A stretch of DNA of 63,496 nt, the filler included, from Reclinomonas americana ATCC 50394 (taxonomy: Eukaryota), in the NCBI GenBank assembly GCA_048213135.1. It is 6 parts of 3 records of this genome, joined end to end, with 100 filler letters (N's around TTAATTAATTAA, not from the genome) between each part and the next. Parts side by side here need not be neighbours in the genome. Positions count along the whole stretch, not along the records: positions 1 to 20,518 come from PS015117.1; 5 more parts are not named here. One strand, 5' to 3'. The notes under the pieces were generated by a model. That model had not been told where the DNA came from. It saw nothing but the letters and a program-made list of their open reading frames with translations, and ran no database searches. The position numbers and the translations under genes were made by a program. Below, piece after piece: positions 1 through 13,700 of this stretch (positions within the stretch are counted from its first letter, which is position 1; each line of letters starts with the position of its first letter).

Positions 1-250
1 TCTTCCAGTCGACATGCATCGATTACACACCCGTGCACTGCATTGTTTGCAGTCTCTTCGTGCCTGCTCACTGGCTGACCTGCTGCCTTCTCATTCTTGA
101 GTTCCATTCTGACTGTTCTTCTCCCTCTCACTTTACTTGCATCTATTTTCCTTCATCATTCTCTTCTCTTCTCCGTCATGTCTTTTCTATTCCCAGTACG
201 GTACTCTTTGCCTTCTTCTCACTTTCCTCGCTTCTCCCCCCATCCCGCAG

Positions 251-3200
251 CGTCAGGCCTCCGACGCAGACACGCAAAAACTCGCCGTCGTCGAAAAGTC
301 ATTCGCCGAGCTGCAGGCCCAATGGTCACAGGTTCGTTTCGGCATGTCCCCGTTGTCCACCTGCGTCGTCGCCGCACTCACTGCATACAAACTCTCTTGT
401 AGCTATCGGAGGAAGCCACAAGCCTCCGTCACATGCACGACGAGCGGTGTAGAGAACTGACAAAGTCGCAAGAGGCCGTGGCATTGGTGCGCTTCCATTG
501 TCACCTTCCTGCGCGCGCGCGCGCGCACCCCTCCGCTCACTTGTTTGCCACTCAGGCCCAAGGAGTGGCGGGAGCTCTCCGGCGGCAGCACGAGGCGCAG
601 GTGGCAGAGGCCGCTAGATTACAAGCAGTGATCGATGAGGTGACAACTGCCGTGTGTGTGCATGCCTTTGCGCTGTGCAGTGCTCTGACACTGTTTGCAG
701 TTGCGGAAAGAGGCTGCAGATTCTGCTGGTTCTCGACAAGCACTGGAGCAGGTGCGTTACCTCGGCTTCCTTTAGCTCCTCGACCCTGTTTACTAATCCC
801 GGTACCACAGGCCAATGCTGACGTGCAGCGCCTCGACGCGCTGGTCCGGAAACACGAAGACACCATCGCCAGCCTCACCGATGCCATTGCCGACCGCGAC
901 GTAATGGTTGAACGGTCTGAGCCCGTACTTGCCTGAATCTCGGGAGCGCACCACTCATCTACCTTTCCCCAAATTAGTCGCGACGAGGAGGTTGAGCGGT
1001 TGAGCGATCGCGTGGAGAAACTCGAGCATCAGTGCAGTGAACTGCGCAGCGGTCGCGTGCAGCTCGACGAGCAATGCCGAGCGCTGCAGCGGCAAAACGC
1101 AATGCTCAACGAATCCGTGCAGACGGAACGTGCCGCTGGCGACAAGCAGGCGAGTCGCCTGGCGCAACTGGAGGTGCGGCTGCGGGAGACGCAGCGACAG
1201 TTGACCGACGAGGAGGATCGCAATCGGCAACTGCTACAAGAGATTCATCGGCTCAATGCGTCTGCATCGCCACTGGTGGCGCCCTCGCCCGTGGTGAGTG
1301 GACTCTTCTCTCGTTATCTGCGAAAGTCTATTCCTGTACTCATTCGCGCACACAGGAGTCCGTGTCAAGCAGCAATGGCGCTAGCAGCACCACCACTGCT
1401 ACCACCACCGCCGCCCCTGCACCGTCCACCGTCCAGCCTGTGTCTCTCGACTCGTCGTTTATCGTGGCGGGATTGGAGCAGAGCCTGGAGAGCGAGCGTG
1501 CACACACCAAAAGATTAACGGAGCGACTGTCGGCGGCTCGTGGCATTCAGGAGAAACTGGAAACGGCACTGGTGAATGCGCAGACGCGTGTCTCGCAACA
1601 GGTGGCCGAGTTGTCGGAGATGCAGTCGCGACTCGAGGACTTGGAGGAGGAGGTGCGCGAGATGCGGGAGGAGAACATTCTTCAGCGCACCACTGCCGAG
1701 GCGGCGGAAAGGGAGCGGTGGGCACTGGCCGGCGATTTGCGCTCCACCGCCGACGAGTTGGCGCGGTGGCAGAAGCAGAGCGATGCGCTGCTGAAGCGTG
1801 CACACGAAGCAGAGGCGCGCAGTTGCGAGGAGCAGACGCGGCTGGCACAGCTCGAGCAGGAGACGGCGCAATTGCGTGCGCAACTGGCGGTCGCTGGCGG
1901 ATCGCAGTCGGTGTCCTCCTCCGCTTTGTCGCCTCGAACCGCCGAAGATCACACGCTGGGACTGGAGGTGGAGTTGGCGGCGGTGACGGGCGGATTGCGG
2001 GCGGTGGAGATGCGCGCGCGACAGTTGGAGACCGAAATGGCGGCGCTGGTGGCGGCTCGCCATCGCGCCGAGACCGAGGCCGCCATGGCCAATGCGCGAG
2101 CTGCCGAACTCGACGTGGCGGTGTTGAGATACGAGACCGAGGCGCGGGCATCGCAGGAGCGCGCCAACAAGTCGGACGAGCTGGCCGCCGAGTTGAAGCA
2201 GACGGTGGGTGACTTGGAGGAGCAGCTGCGCATGTCGCGGTCGTCGGTGGCGGAGTTGGGTGATCAATTGGCCACGGCGTTGGATGCGGAGCGATCGGCG
2301 TATGCCAGTCGGGTGGAGGATTTGCGAGATGATATCGCCAAGGTGAATTTGCGGGAAGGGGAAAGGGAAAGAGAAGAAGGGGACAAGGAGAGATGACACT
2401 TGTTGTTTTCTGTCGTCAGTCAGAGAGCACTCTCAGTGGAGCAATTCAACTTGTGACTGAGCACAATGAGTCTGCAACCTTTTTCACGTCTTTTGTGGTG
2501 TACATTTCCAACGTCTTGAAGTCGACATTCTGATTCTTGTATCTCCTGCGTGTCTCTCAATTTCCTTCCGATCTGTCGCTCACCTGATCCGTTTTCAGTT
2601 TTAGTCTCTCACGGCCAGGATGCAGTGCTTTCGCTGTTGTTCTCTGCGCATTGATGTCCTTCTGTTGATCATGCCTTGGTCTCCTTGTACCTGTCCGTTT
2701 GCAGACCAGCCGTTTGTCTCTCATCCTTTCTTCTCTTGCTGTTGATCTCTGCGAATTGTTGTCCTTCTGTTGATCATTCCGTTGTCTACTTGTGCGCTTT
2801 TTTGTTAATTGCAGATCAGCCCTTTGCCTTTCATTCTTTCTTCTGTCGCACTGCTGCCACTACATGCTCTGTTGCTCGTTGCGGCCTTGTTGCTGATTTA
2901 GTTGACCAGCCATTTATGTCAGAAGAAAGGATGAGAGAAAAAGGGCTGGTTACAAACAACATGAAAGAGCTCACGAGATGGACAGACTCATGTTGCTCTG
3001 TTGTTCTCTGCGCCTTGATGTCCTTCTGTTGATCATGCCTTGGTCTCCTTGCAGCTGTCCATCTTTGTGAGCGCTTTCTTGTTAATTGTAGACCAGCCCT
3101 TTGCCTTTCATTTTTCTTCTGTCGCACTGCTGCCACTACATCCTCTGTCGTTCGTTGCGGCCTTGTTGCTGTTTGAGTTGACCAGCCATTTGTGTCCGCC

Positions 3201-4541
3201 ACACACTCTCTTCTTCATGTCTGTTGTTGTTTTCCTTTCATTCCTCTTCTGTGGTCCTTCTTCTGGTACAGTGTGTGTTGTTCATTTCGGTCTTGTTGCT
3301 GCTTTAATCGACCAGCCCATTTCTCTGTATTCCTCTCCAAGCTACACTTGCAATCGTCCTTGAATCATCCGGAGTACTTCCTCTTCGTGATATTCCTCTA
3401 TTCACCAGCTCTTTGTCTCTTTTGTCACTCTCTCACCCTTTGTTTGTCTACCAGCTCTCCCGCCAGCTGGCCGACACGGAGCGATTGTACGCGGTGGCCA
3501 AACGCGATCTCGACGTGTACAAGGTCAACGCTCGCGAGACGCAAATCGACATGCAGGCCGACATTGACGAACTCAAGCAGCAACTGTCCAGTGCCGGCTC
3601 GTCACCGCGCGAAGTCAATCTCGATGCATTCTCCGACGCCGATGTGGTGGCCCACATGGCGCAGCTGGAGCGCACCATCGAAGCGCGAACGCGATACATT
3701 GATCAGCTGAAGGAGAAGATGGCGGTGCGCTGCACGACCGGTTTTTCTATCTCATTNNNNNNNNNNNNNNNNNNNNNNNNNNNNNNNNNNNNNNGCCTTT
3801 TTTTCTCACACCCCATTGCAGAGCATGCAACACGACGCCGATGCTGCTCGCGCCGAGTGGGAGGTCCGGTGTCGGCACGCGGAGGAGCGGAGTGAAGACC
3901 TGGCGCACGAGGTGCTGGACTTGCGCACGCGACTGTCCACACTGGAGGAGCAGTATGCCGCGCTGGTGCGTCTCTACGACAGCAATGACTTCCCACATGA
4001 CGACTCACTCCTTTGTGTGTCGCAGTTGAAAAAGTCGCAGCAGCTCGAGTCGTCGCTCCGAGATGCACAGCTGGAAGGTGATTTATGGAATTCCTCTTTC
4101 CTTTCTCTTTTCTATACTGTCCTTCTGATTGTCGCCCTCCATTTTCTCAGTGGTTCAAGCCGGCGTGCGCTTCATCGATGCCAACAAGGCACAAAAGGCT
4201 GCGGAAGAACGGTGCGTGTGTCTTGATCTCCCTTTCTCCATGCCTCTTTCTCCTCACTGCTGCTCCTCCTCAGGCGAAAGCAACTGGAGGAGCTGGTGGG
4301 CGACAAGGCGCCACCTCCTGTGGCCGAGCCGCCGCCACCGGCGCACACTCGCCACCGCTCCAGCTCGAGCATCACACCGCCAGCTGCGCTGACCATGCTC
4401 ATGCCTACGAATCCCTCGGCCGCCGCCGCTGCTGTCACTCGCCTCGGCCAGCGCATGCGCTCCGCCAGTGTGGCCAACCGACCCGTCATACCGCCACCAC
4501 AACCGCCGAGCCCACGGTCGCCCACCAATGGGCACTCATGA
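251..4541 (+). CDS. Multi-exon long coiled-coil protein with Pro-rich C-terminus, 5'-incomplete (about 12 exons)
   Basis: In-frame exons joined by GT-AG introns (e.g. 332-402, 1294-1355, 2343-3454). E/Q/R/L/A-rich heptad-like translation, largest exon ~1356-2342. Stop TGA ends at 4541, convergent with the next gene. Confidence 0.75.
2636..3320. repeat. Degenerate intronic tandem duplication
   Basis: Blocks TTGTTCTCTGCGC..TTGATGTCCTTCTGTTGATCATGCCTTGGTCTCCTTG (~2636 and ~3000) and TTGTTAATTG..CAGCCCTTTGCCTTTCATT..GTTGACCAGCCATTT (~2800 and ~3080) recur. Confidence 0.8.
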
Positions 4542-4705
4542 TCTAAACACACACGTACACAATCCTAATAATTTCTTGTTTTAAGAGATGAAAGAATACA
4601 CTTGTTTGGTTTGCACTGCGACACATTCGCCGGATTACGTTGCAAAAAGACAAAAACCAGGTCAATAAAAAAGAAAGGAAAGGATGGAAATGAATGGCGG
4701 CGTGA

Positions 4706-7700
4706 TCATCGTCGATCGCCATCGCCCAGTTCGCTGACAGAAAACTCTTGGTCCCATGAGAGACCACCGCCACCGCCACCGCCGTTGCCCATCATGGGCG
4801 ATCTCTGCGGCATACCATGTCGTGAAAGCGACTGTGCTGGTGCCGGCGACATGGTAGACCTGGCCACTGAGATGCGCTCCTCCAGCGCCGTGTGGCGAAT
4901 CGACTGCTGCTTGGCAATCAACACTGCAAAACACCCACTGTCAGCGACACTTTCCATTCTCTTCACCCCACGGCGCGCAGCAAGGACGCAACAATGAGCC
5001 GCGTACTTGTCGCGCAAGATGCTCAGTGTCTCCCGGTTGTGTGCCAACGTCTGCTCCTCGTCGGCCACCGTCTGCTCCAACAGCACAATCGTGCCTCGCA
5101 ACTCGGCCAAGAATCTCTCCAGATCCAGCAAGTTGACTTCAACAATCTGCTTCGACGTCTCCAGCTCCGCCACGCGGATGCGATTGGTGACGGGCGACAT
5201 GGCCTCGTTGAAGCGGCGCAGCGGAGAGCGGAACGATTGCTGCATAATAGTGACAGTGAGAATGATGAATGCAGGCCTTAAAACTCATCTCTCCCTCGCT
5301 CCCTCGCTCCCTCCCTCTCTTTCTACCTCTCTCTGTCTCTCCCTCTCACCTCCAGACGATTGAGTTGCTCAATCTTTTGCGCCACCATCTCCTGCGTAGT
5401 GCGCGACTCCGCGATCGAGCTCTTCAGTCGCACCTGCAACTCGCGGAACGAGTCACGGTCGGCACGAGTGTGCTCGTTCTCCTGCAGCACACGGAGCTGC
5501 TCGTTCAGCGTGGCAAACCGCTTGGCCAGCTCCAGCGATTCTGCGAGAAGTCACTGTTGTGTTAAGAGATACGAAAAAAATAGGAACATCACGCGCCACA
5601 GCACTCACCACCCTCGCTCTCCGCCAGACGGTCCATGAGAGCTTGGTTTTCGGCCTTCAAGCGCGCCATCTGCGCCGACGACTCGATTTCCACACGCTCC
5701 AACTTTTGCGCCAACTCATACGATCGGGCGTCGTTCGCAGCGCGAATGGCACGTGCCGCTTCCACCTCGCTCGACGGCGAACCGGTGCCGGCAGACATGA
5801 ACGAAGAATCGGTCGACAGCTGTGCGCATGGAATTCAATGAGAAATAGACCCTTAATGATGAACCACACACACCACCAACCTCGCGCGATGTGATGCGCT
5901 CGATGCGCTCCGTGTGCCGGGAGAATGTCACGCCCAAGTTCTGCACCACCCGCTCGAGCTCCTCGACGCGTCGCAGGCGCTGTGCCGACAGCGCCGATGC
6001 ATCGCTCAGCCGCTCGCACGTGATGGAGTGCCGGTGTCGCTCATCGTCCAGCTTTGCCTGCAACTCCTTGATGAGATTCTTGTATCTCGTCAGATTGTCC
6101 TCGGCCTCCTCCACGCGCTTCTGCATCTCGCCAAGGCGATCGCGCAGCTGCCGCTCCGTCTGGTAGCTCTGCGCCAGCTGGTCGTTCATGCGCGCTCGTT
6201 CCAGTGCGCTGTTCTCGGCCGCACTGAGACGCGACTCGTACATGGTAATCGTCTCCTCCAGGTGCAACACTCGCTGCTGCTTGTCCTCCAGCAGTGCTTC
6301 GGCGCGACGGCGAGAGGCCGCCTCCTCGGCCAGGTCCACTTCGAGGGCGGCCACCCGGGCGCGGGAGCTCTGTGTGCCGGAAAGGGAGAAGGGTGAGGGA
6401 AAGGGAGAAGGGAGAGGGAAAGGGAGAAGGGTGAGGGAGGTGAGGGAAAGGGAAGGGGGGAGGGAGAGGGAGTGGAAGGAGAAGGTGAGAAGGAGAAGGG
6501 AAGGGATAGAGAGCGAGGGGAAAGGAGACAGAGAAAAGTGAGAATGAAGGGAAAGAGTAAGAGAGAAAGAGAGAGAGAGAGAGAAAGAGCAGTGATAGAA
6601 AGAGGGAGAGACGGGAACGCAAACGACCAGCAAGACGGACAGCATGATTGGCACAAAGAATGGCAGACAGACAGCGAGAGCGAGAGAGACATACACTGCT
6701 CGCACACCCTTCTCCCTTTCACCCTTGTCTCTCCTTTTCCCCTTTCCCCCTTCCCTTACCCTTCCCCCTTCCCCTCTCTTTCTCCCACTCCATACCTGCA
6801 CCACTGTCTCCAGCGAACTGGTGGCCGTGCTCAGGTCCGCCTCCCGACCGGCCCTCTCGTCCTGCAGATTGCGCTCCAGTGCCGCACAGCGTGCCCGCTG
6901 CGACGCCAGCTGCTCCTCCGCATCCGCCAAGCGCTGCCGCAACGCATCGAAATCACGCTGCAGCTGTTCCACCGTATCATTGCGCTGCGCCAGTGCCCGT
7001 CGCAGACTCACGACCTCGGCCGACGACGACTCCGCCAGGCTGTTGCGCTCGTCGAAGCGCTGCTCGAGGCGTGCGAACTCGTGGCGGGCGGTGGTGATCG
7101 ACACCTCCAGCTTGGTGCGCAGGGTGCGCTCCTCCGAAATCGTGCGTGTCAGCGTCTCGTAGTCATCATTAGCCGCTCCGAGTTGCTGCTCCAGGCGCTG
7201 GCGAGCCTCGGCCTCGCGAGTGAGCTCGCCGTACACATCTTCAGCACGCTTGCGCTGACTCTCTGCCATGTCGCGCCAGTCGGCCAACTGTGCCTCCAGC
7301 ACCTTGACGGTCGACCGTGAGCGTTCCAGCTCCTGCGTGGACGGGTGAGATGACATAACACGAAGGCGGGCAATAACTGAAGGATATCACAAATACAAAG
7401 GGCACGCTGCATCTATCTGTTCACCTCTTGCACCAGTGCTTTTCTCTCGCCATTTCTCTCCCAATCTCTCTCCCATTCTCTCTCTCTCTCTTGCTCTCTC
7501 TCTTTCTGTCTGTCTGTCTGTATATCTGTCAGTTTGACTGTCTGTCTCTTTTTTCTTCTCTCTCTCTCTCTGTCTTCTCTCTCTCTTCGTCTCTCGCTCT
7601 CTCTCTCTCTTCTACCTCTCCCTTCCCCCCCCCCCCTTTCCTTCCCCCCCTCTCCCTTTTCCACCCACTCACCTCCTGCACCACCAACAACCGCTGCGAA

Positions 7701-10700
7701 TCGCCGCGCAGCCGCTCCAATGCCGACCGGCTGTCATCCAGAATCTGCTCGAGTTCCTCATGTCGCGACCGCGAGTCGGCGATCATTGCGTCGGCATTGT
7801 CGGCACGGGCGCGCTGTGAGGCCAAGCTGGCCTCCAACTGCGCCGTCAGTGCCAGCAGCTCGTGTGCCTTGGTCTGCGATCGCTCCACACGCGTCTCGGC
7901 GTTGACACGCGCCATGCGCTCACTGCCGAGCGCCGCCTCGAGATCCTCCGCTGACTTGGAGAAGGAATCGGCCGCACGCCGCCACTCCTCCACATCCGAC
8001 TCGAGACTGCTGATACGAGTGCGTGCACTGCGCAGATCGCCAGTCAGCTGTCGAATGTCCTGATCACGCTGCGTCAGCAGCTCCTGCAGTTCGGTGATGC
8101 GGTTCAAGCGTTCCTGCACAAGGGCAAAAGGTAGATGAGATGTCTCCACACGACACGTGCGGAGCAGCAGTGCGCGTCAAACCTTGGCTGCCTCCTCCAG
8201 CGAGGTGATGCGCTGCGTTGTGGACCGCTCGTGCACCACGTCACGCTCCAATGTCGCCAGGCGCTCACGCAGCTCGTTGATCTGCACCTCCAATCGTTTC
8301 CTCTTGGAGGTCTCGGCCAGCAGGTCGCCCTCCAACTTGATGGCGCGAGTGCGCGACTGATCGGCATCGTCTCGCGCCTCGTTCACCTCCTCTGTCATGC
8401 GCTGCGTCACCTGCTCGCGCATGGTACATACGTGTTGCAGCTCGGTGACACGCTCCGTCAGGCGCGTGATACTGTGCGTCAGCTCGGTCTTTTGGTTGAC
8501 CAGCTGCCACAAAAACACACACACAGACAGTGTTGATGAGGGAATGAAGTACACGGAACATGAAGAATCGTGGAATTGCAAACCTCACGGTCCAGTCGTT
8601 CCTTGGTGGAATGCTCTCGCTCGTACAACTCTTGCGTGTCGGCGAGGGCGGACTCGAGTTGCTCGATGCGGTCACGCGCTTGCGACAGTTCGTCCTCCAC
8701 GGCCGAGATGCGCGAGGCGCGTGACTCGGCCGACGCTCGCCACACCTCCACCTCCTTCTCGCGTCCGGCGAGCGCCAATTGTGCCTCCGTCAGTGCACTC
8801 TGCAGCGTGGTGGCCTTCAGCTCCAACGACGAGTACTTGTCGCTTGCCTCGCGCAAGTCCTTTTCGAGCAGCTGTTGCGCTGTCTGCCGCTTCGACAGCT
8901 CGCTGTTGGCCGTGGCAAGTTCCTGAGCGAGACGACTGCGCTGGCGATTGGCCTCGCTGATTTGCCGATCCACGTCCTCCTGCTGCTGGCGACGCTCGAG
9001 TTGCAACGCATCCATGGCGGCACGCAGACGCGACAACTCCATGTGCTGCGAGGAGATTTGTTGGTCGCGATCACGCAGCACCTCCTCGTCCTGCGACATG
9101 GCCGAGGCGTGCGCGCGCAGAGCCTCGCGCTCGTGTGCCAGGTCTTCCTCCAGCTGCGGGGGTGGGTGGGAAGGAGAAGGTAAGGGTAAGGAGAAGGGAA
9201 GAGAAGGGGAAGGGAAAGGGAGGGGAAGGGAGGGAAAGGGAGGGGAGGGAAGGAGAAAATAAGCGGGATTTTAGGAAGGAGAAGGGAAGGGTAAGGAAGG
9301 AGAGAGGGATTGCGGCGAAGGACGGAGGGGAAGGAAAATGAACGACGAGGAAGAGAAACGAGTTGAAGGCGAATGTCGGGAAGATGAGGGCAGAAGGCAA
9401 AAGAAGCAGAAGGAAATGGGAAGGAGGGGATGACAGCAGAAGGAAAAGGTAGGGAAAGAAGGCGAGGAAGGAAACTAAGTCAAAGGAAAGAGTTGGGTAG
9501 AGACGTGATGCAGAGGAGATGAGGAAGGGGAGGAGATAAGGGAAAGACAGACAAACAAATAGACAGACAGACAGACAGACAGAAAGACACAGGCACACGT
9601 GCACACACACAAACACACACTCTCTCACACAAACACACACTCACACACACACACGCACGAGCGCACGGAGACATCGCGTGACCAATATTACAAACCTGCG
9701 CACACAAGCGATCGGCATGTTCTCTCCTGTCGCGCTCATCTGCCACCTGGCTCATGAATTCCACAGCCTCGTTCTCCAGCCGGTTCACACGCTCCTCCAG
9801 TTGCGAGCGCACCCGCTGCGACTGCGTGTACTTTTGCTGCTCCTGCGACAAATCCTGTTCAAGTTGCTTCAGCGCAGCGGATTGCTGAGCAAGAAGGGCC
9901 TGCTGGTCGGAGAGCTTCTGCCGACATCTGCATGGAGTGGAGATGAAGTGAGCATCATCATCAGCACGGCGGGAAGTGGAGACTCGGGAGAATCCTCACC
10001 GGGAGAGCTCCGTCGACAGCGACTCGCGTGCCAAGCGCGCCTCGTGCACACTGCTCTCCAACGATCCAATCTTCTGACGCGCCTCATCCACCGCAGCGTC
10101 CTTCTTTGCCAACAGCGTGCGCAAGTGGATGGATTCGTTCGACGACTGCATGTTGGTGGCGACGGCCTCGGACAGCTGCGCCTGCAACTGCGAGCTGCGC
10201 GCCGTCAACGTGTCCACCGCGGTCTGCCATTCCTTGGCCTCCCCACGCAGTGCTGCGCGAAGACAAGTGAGCTGTGCGTCTTGACGACATGCTACAACCA
10301 TTGAATAAAGACGCAACAGGCGATCTCGGTCTCCAGATCCTCCCGCTGCTCCTCTGACGCGCGCAGCTTTTGCTGCAACGACGAGAGCCGCTCCTCCGCT
10401 CCCTGGCGTTCCCGATCATTGGCATCGCGCACCGCCTGCAGCTGCTGCAAGAGGCTATCGCGCGCCTGCCGCAACGTCTCCAGATCGCGCGACTGTCGCG
10501 AGACTTGTTCCGTGAGATCTTGTTCCCGTGCGTCCCAGTCTTGCGACGACTGTGGCACACACAAACAAAACGTCAGGTCTCATAAACCTCTTCCCCAGCC
10601 TCCCTCCACCCAAGCACAAACCTCGTGCAACTCGCTGCGTGTGTGCTCGAGCGCCAATTGCAGGCTCTTGATGCGTTCCAGCGTGGATGCCGACGAGGTG

Positions 10701-13700
10701 TTGCGCTCGTGCTCCAGGGCCGCCTCGAGAGAGCGGCACAACGACTCGGCCGTCTCGCGCTTCCGCCTCTCCTCGCTCAGCGTGTCCTCCAGCGTGCGCG
10801 TATCTTCACGCGCAATCGACAACTTGGCGGTGATGTCGGCTCGATCCTGTTCCACGGCGTTGCGGTCGATTTGAACTTGTCGCAAGTCGGCAGTGATGCG
10901 CGACAGTTGATCCTGCAACTGCGTGAGGCGCAGTTGCTGCTCGCTGATGGCCTGACGAGCCTTGCTGAGCTCCGCTTGTGCGCCCTCCTTCTCCAGGCGC
11001 TCCTCCGCCAGCTCGTGCTCAGCCGTGGTGGCTCGCCGCCGGGTCTCCTCCAGCGCCACCTCGCGCTTGCTGACCAGGCCGCGCAAGTGAGCGTTCTCAG
11101 CTGTTAGGCGCTCCGTCGTGCTGCCGGCCTGACCCATGTGCGATTGCAGCAGGGAGACCTGCGAGCCGAGTTCGTCGGCACTCTGACGCCACTGCGTCAC
11201 CTCGTTGGTGAGGGCCAGCACACGCGTCTCTACATCGGCACGGTGCTGCTCGCTGGCCGTCAGTCGCTGCTCCAGAGCCGCAATGCGCTGCGACGACAGT
11301 GCGCGCTCCGACTCGAACCGACCCTCCAACTCTGTCAGCGCCGCCTGCAACTCGTCGCACTGCGAGCGCGCGACGTTGGCCTCACTGCGCGCCTTGGCAA
11401 GATCGGCATTGACGGCATTCAACGACTCCTTGGTGATCGACAGGCGGCCACTGGCCTGCGCGTGCTCCTGCTCCTCGGCCAGCAGCTTGAGTTCCAGCTC
11501 CTTGACGCGCGCGGCACGATCCTCGGCCACGCTGCGCAACCGAGCCACCTCCTTATTCAGTGCCTCGACCTGCTCGCCGGTCGACTTGGCCAGTCGCTGC
11601 GCCAGCGTCAGGTCCGAGTCGAGACGTGCGGCCTCGGCGGTGGCCTCGGAGAGCGCGCTACCGGCCGACGCCAGTTCCGCCTCCAGCATGGTGATCCGCG
11701 CGCGATGCTGCGCGGTCTCCGATTGCGCGTCAGCCAGCCGCGTCTGGTACTTGCTCAACTCGTTCGACACGCTCTGCTGCTCCAGACTGCGCTTGTCGAC
11801 AACGCCCTCCAGGTCGGCCAGGCGGGAGCTCAGCGATTGCACCTCGGATTCCAACTCGCCGACGCGGGTTTGCAGGGCGTTGCCGCGGCTGGTGGCGCGG
11901 GCCAGCGAACTCTGCGCAAAAGGGGAAGGAGGGGAAGAGGGAAAAGGGAGAAGAGGGAAGAGAGGTGAGAAGAGGGGGAGAAGACGAGGAGAAGGGGGGA
12001 AAGGGGGAGAAGGGGGGAGAAAAAAGGGAAGAAAGGAGAGAAAGGGGGAGAAGAGGAGAGAAGGAGGAAGGAGAGAGCATGTATGGACAATAACAAAAGA
12101 AGTCATGCTGAGGGTGGAAGAGGATACAGAGGTGAAAGAGAAGGACGAGGAACGCGAAAGATGTGAGCACAGACAGACAGAGACAAGCATGTGTAAATGG
12201 AGGACGGCGAGAGGAGAATGAGATCAAGATGAGTATGCCAACGCACCTGTGAGTTTGCCAGCGACCGCTGCAGCTCGGTGATTGACGACGCACGCTCGTC
12301 GGCCGTCACGCGATACACTTGCAGTTCGCGCTCCAGCGAGGCCACCTTGGCACGCAGTTCGGCGCGCTCAGCATCCAGTGCCGCCACACGCTCCTGCAGT
12401 GCCGCGGCGCGATCGACGGCCGCCGACGAGTCCGAATCGTGAGCGAGGCGCGCTTGCGCCAGCTCATCTTGCAGTTTGTCGCGCTGCGAGGTGACATCGG
12501 CCAACTCGGCATCGAGGGCGGCCACACGCTGTCGCAGCTCGCCCTCCGAAGCACGCGTGGCATTCAGCTGCTTGGTGCTGTCGGCCAAATGCGCCGACGT
12601 CTGCTGCTGCTCGTTGCGCGCCTGCGACAACTCCACACCCAGCGCGCGCACACGCTCCTTCAGCTCGTCGCGCTCACGCTGCGCCTTGTCACGCGCCGCT
12701 CCGTGCTCGACCAGTCGATTGTTGAGTGATGCCACGGCCGTCTCCAGCTCGGCCACGTGCGTCTCCGCACTCGCCAGCTTCTTCTCTAGTGCACCGACAG
12801 CTGCCTTGGCTGATCCGACTTCACGCTCCTGAGCGGCCTTCATCGACGCCAGCTCCTTGTCGGCATTGTCGCAGCGGATGGAAAGCTGCGTGAGATCGCG
12901 CTTGGCCGCCGCCAGAGTCTCGCGCGCAGCAGCCAGCTCTGTGGCCAGTTGGTCGCGCTCGCTCGTAGTGTCCGCGCTGTGATTCGCAAAAGAAATGAGA
13001 TGTATGGACACGGGAAGAGAGAAGGGAGAGAGAAGGGAGAGAGAGACAAGGAGAGAAGTCAGAGAAGGGAGAGAAGGAAGATAAGGGAGAGAAGGGAGAG
13101 AAGGGAGAGAAGGGAGAGAAGGGAGAGAACTAAAAAAGAGAGAGCGAGAGAGAGAGAGAGAGAGATTAGGAAAAACTAACAGCGAGAAAGACTGCAACAG
13201 AAAGACAGACAGTGAGACAGACAGTGAGGAAGACACATGAAGGAAGGCGGACAGAGAAACCGACGGGCAGAGTGAAAGACAGACAGAAAGGACAACAGAG
13301 GGACAAGGAGAGAAGGGGGAGGTGGGAGCGAAAGACTGAGAGAGAGAGAGAGGAAGAAAGAAAGAAAGAGAAATGGGGACAAAGGCAAGCGTGTCTCTCT
13401 CTCTCTCTCTGTGTCCCTCTGTCTCGCCTTCTCTCTTTTCTATCTTCATCTCTCTGTCTTTGTCTCCCTTCTCTCTTTCTCTCTCTCTCTTTCCATGTTT
13501 GCCTGCCTCTCTCTGACTCTGGGACAAAACCCTTCCCTTTACACACTCACCACTGCTGTGCCAAAGCCAATCGCTCTGCTCGCAAATCCTCCAACTCCTT
13601 GTGCAACTGCGTCGTCTTGTCGGTCTCCTTGCCGGCGCGCTTCTCGCTCTGCTCGAGCTGCATACGCAGTTTCTCGCACTGCAAGCACACGAGTGAGCAA

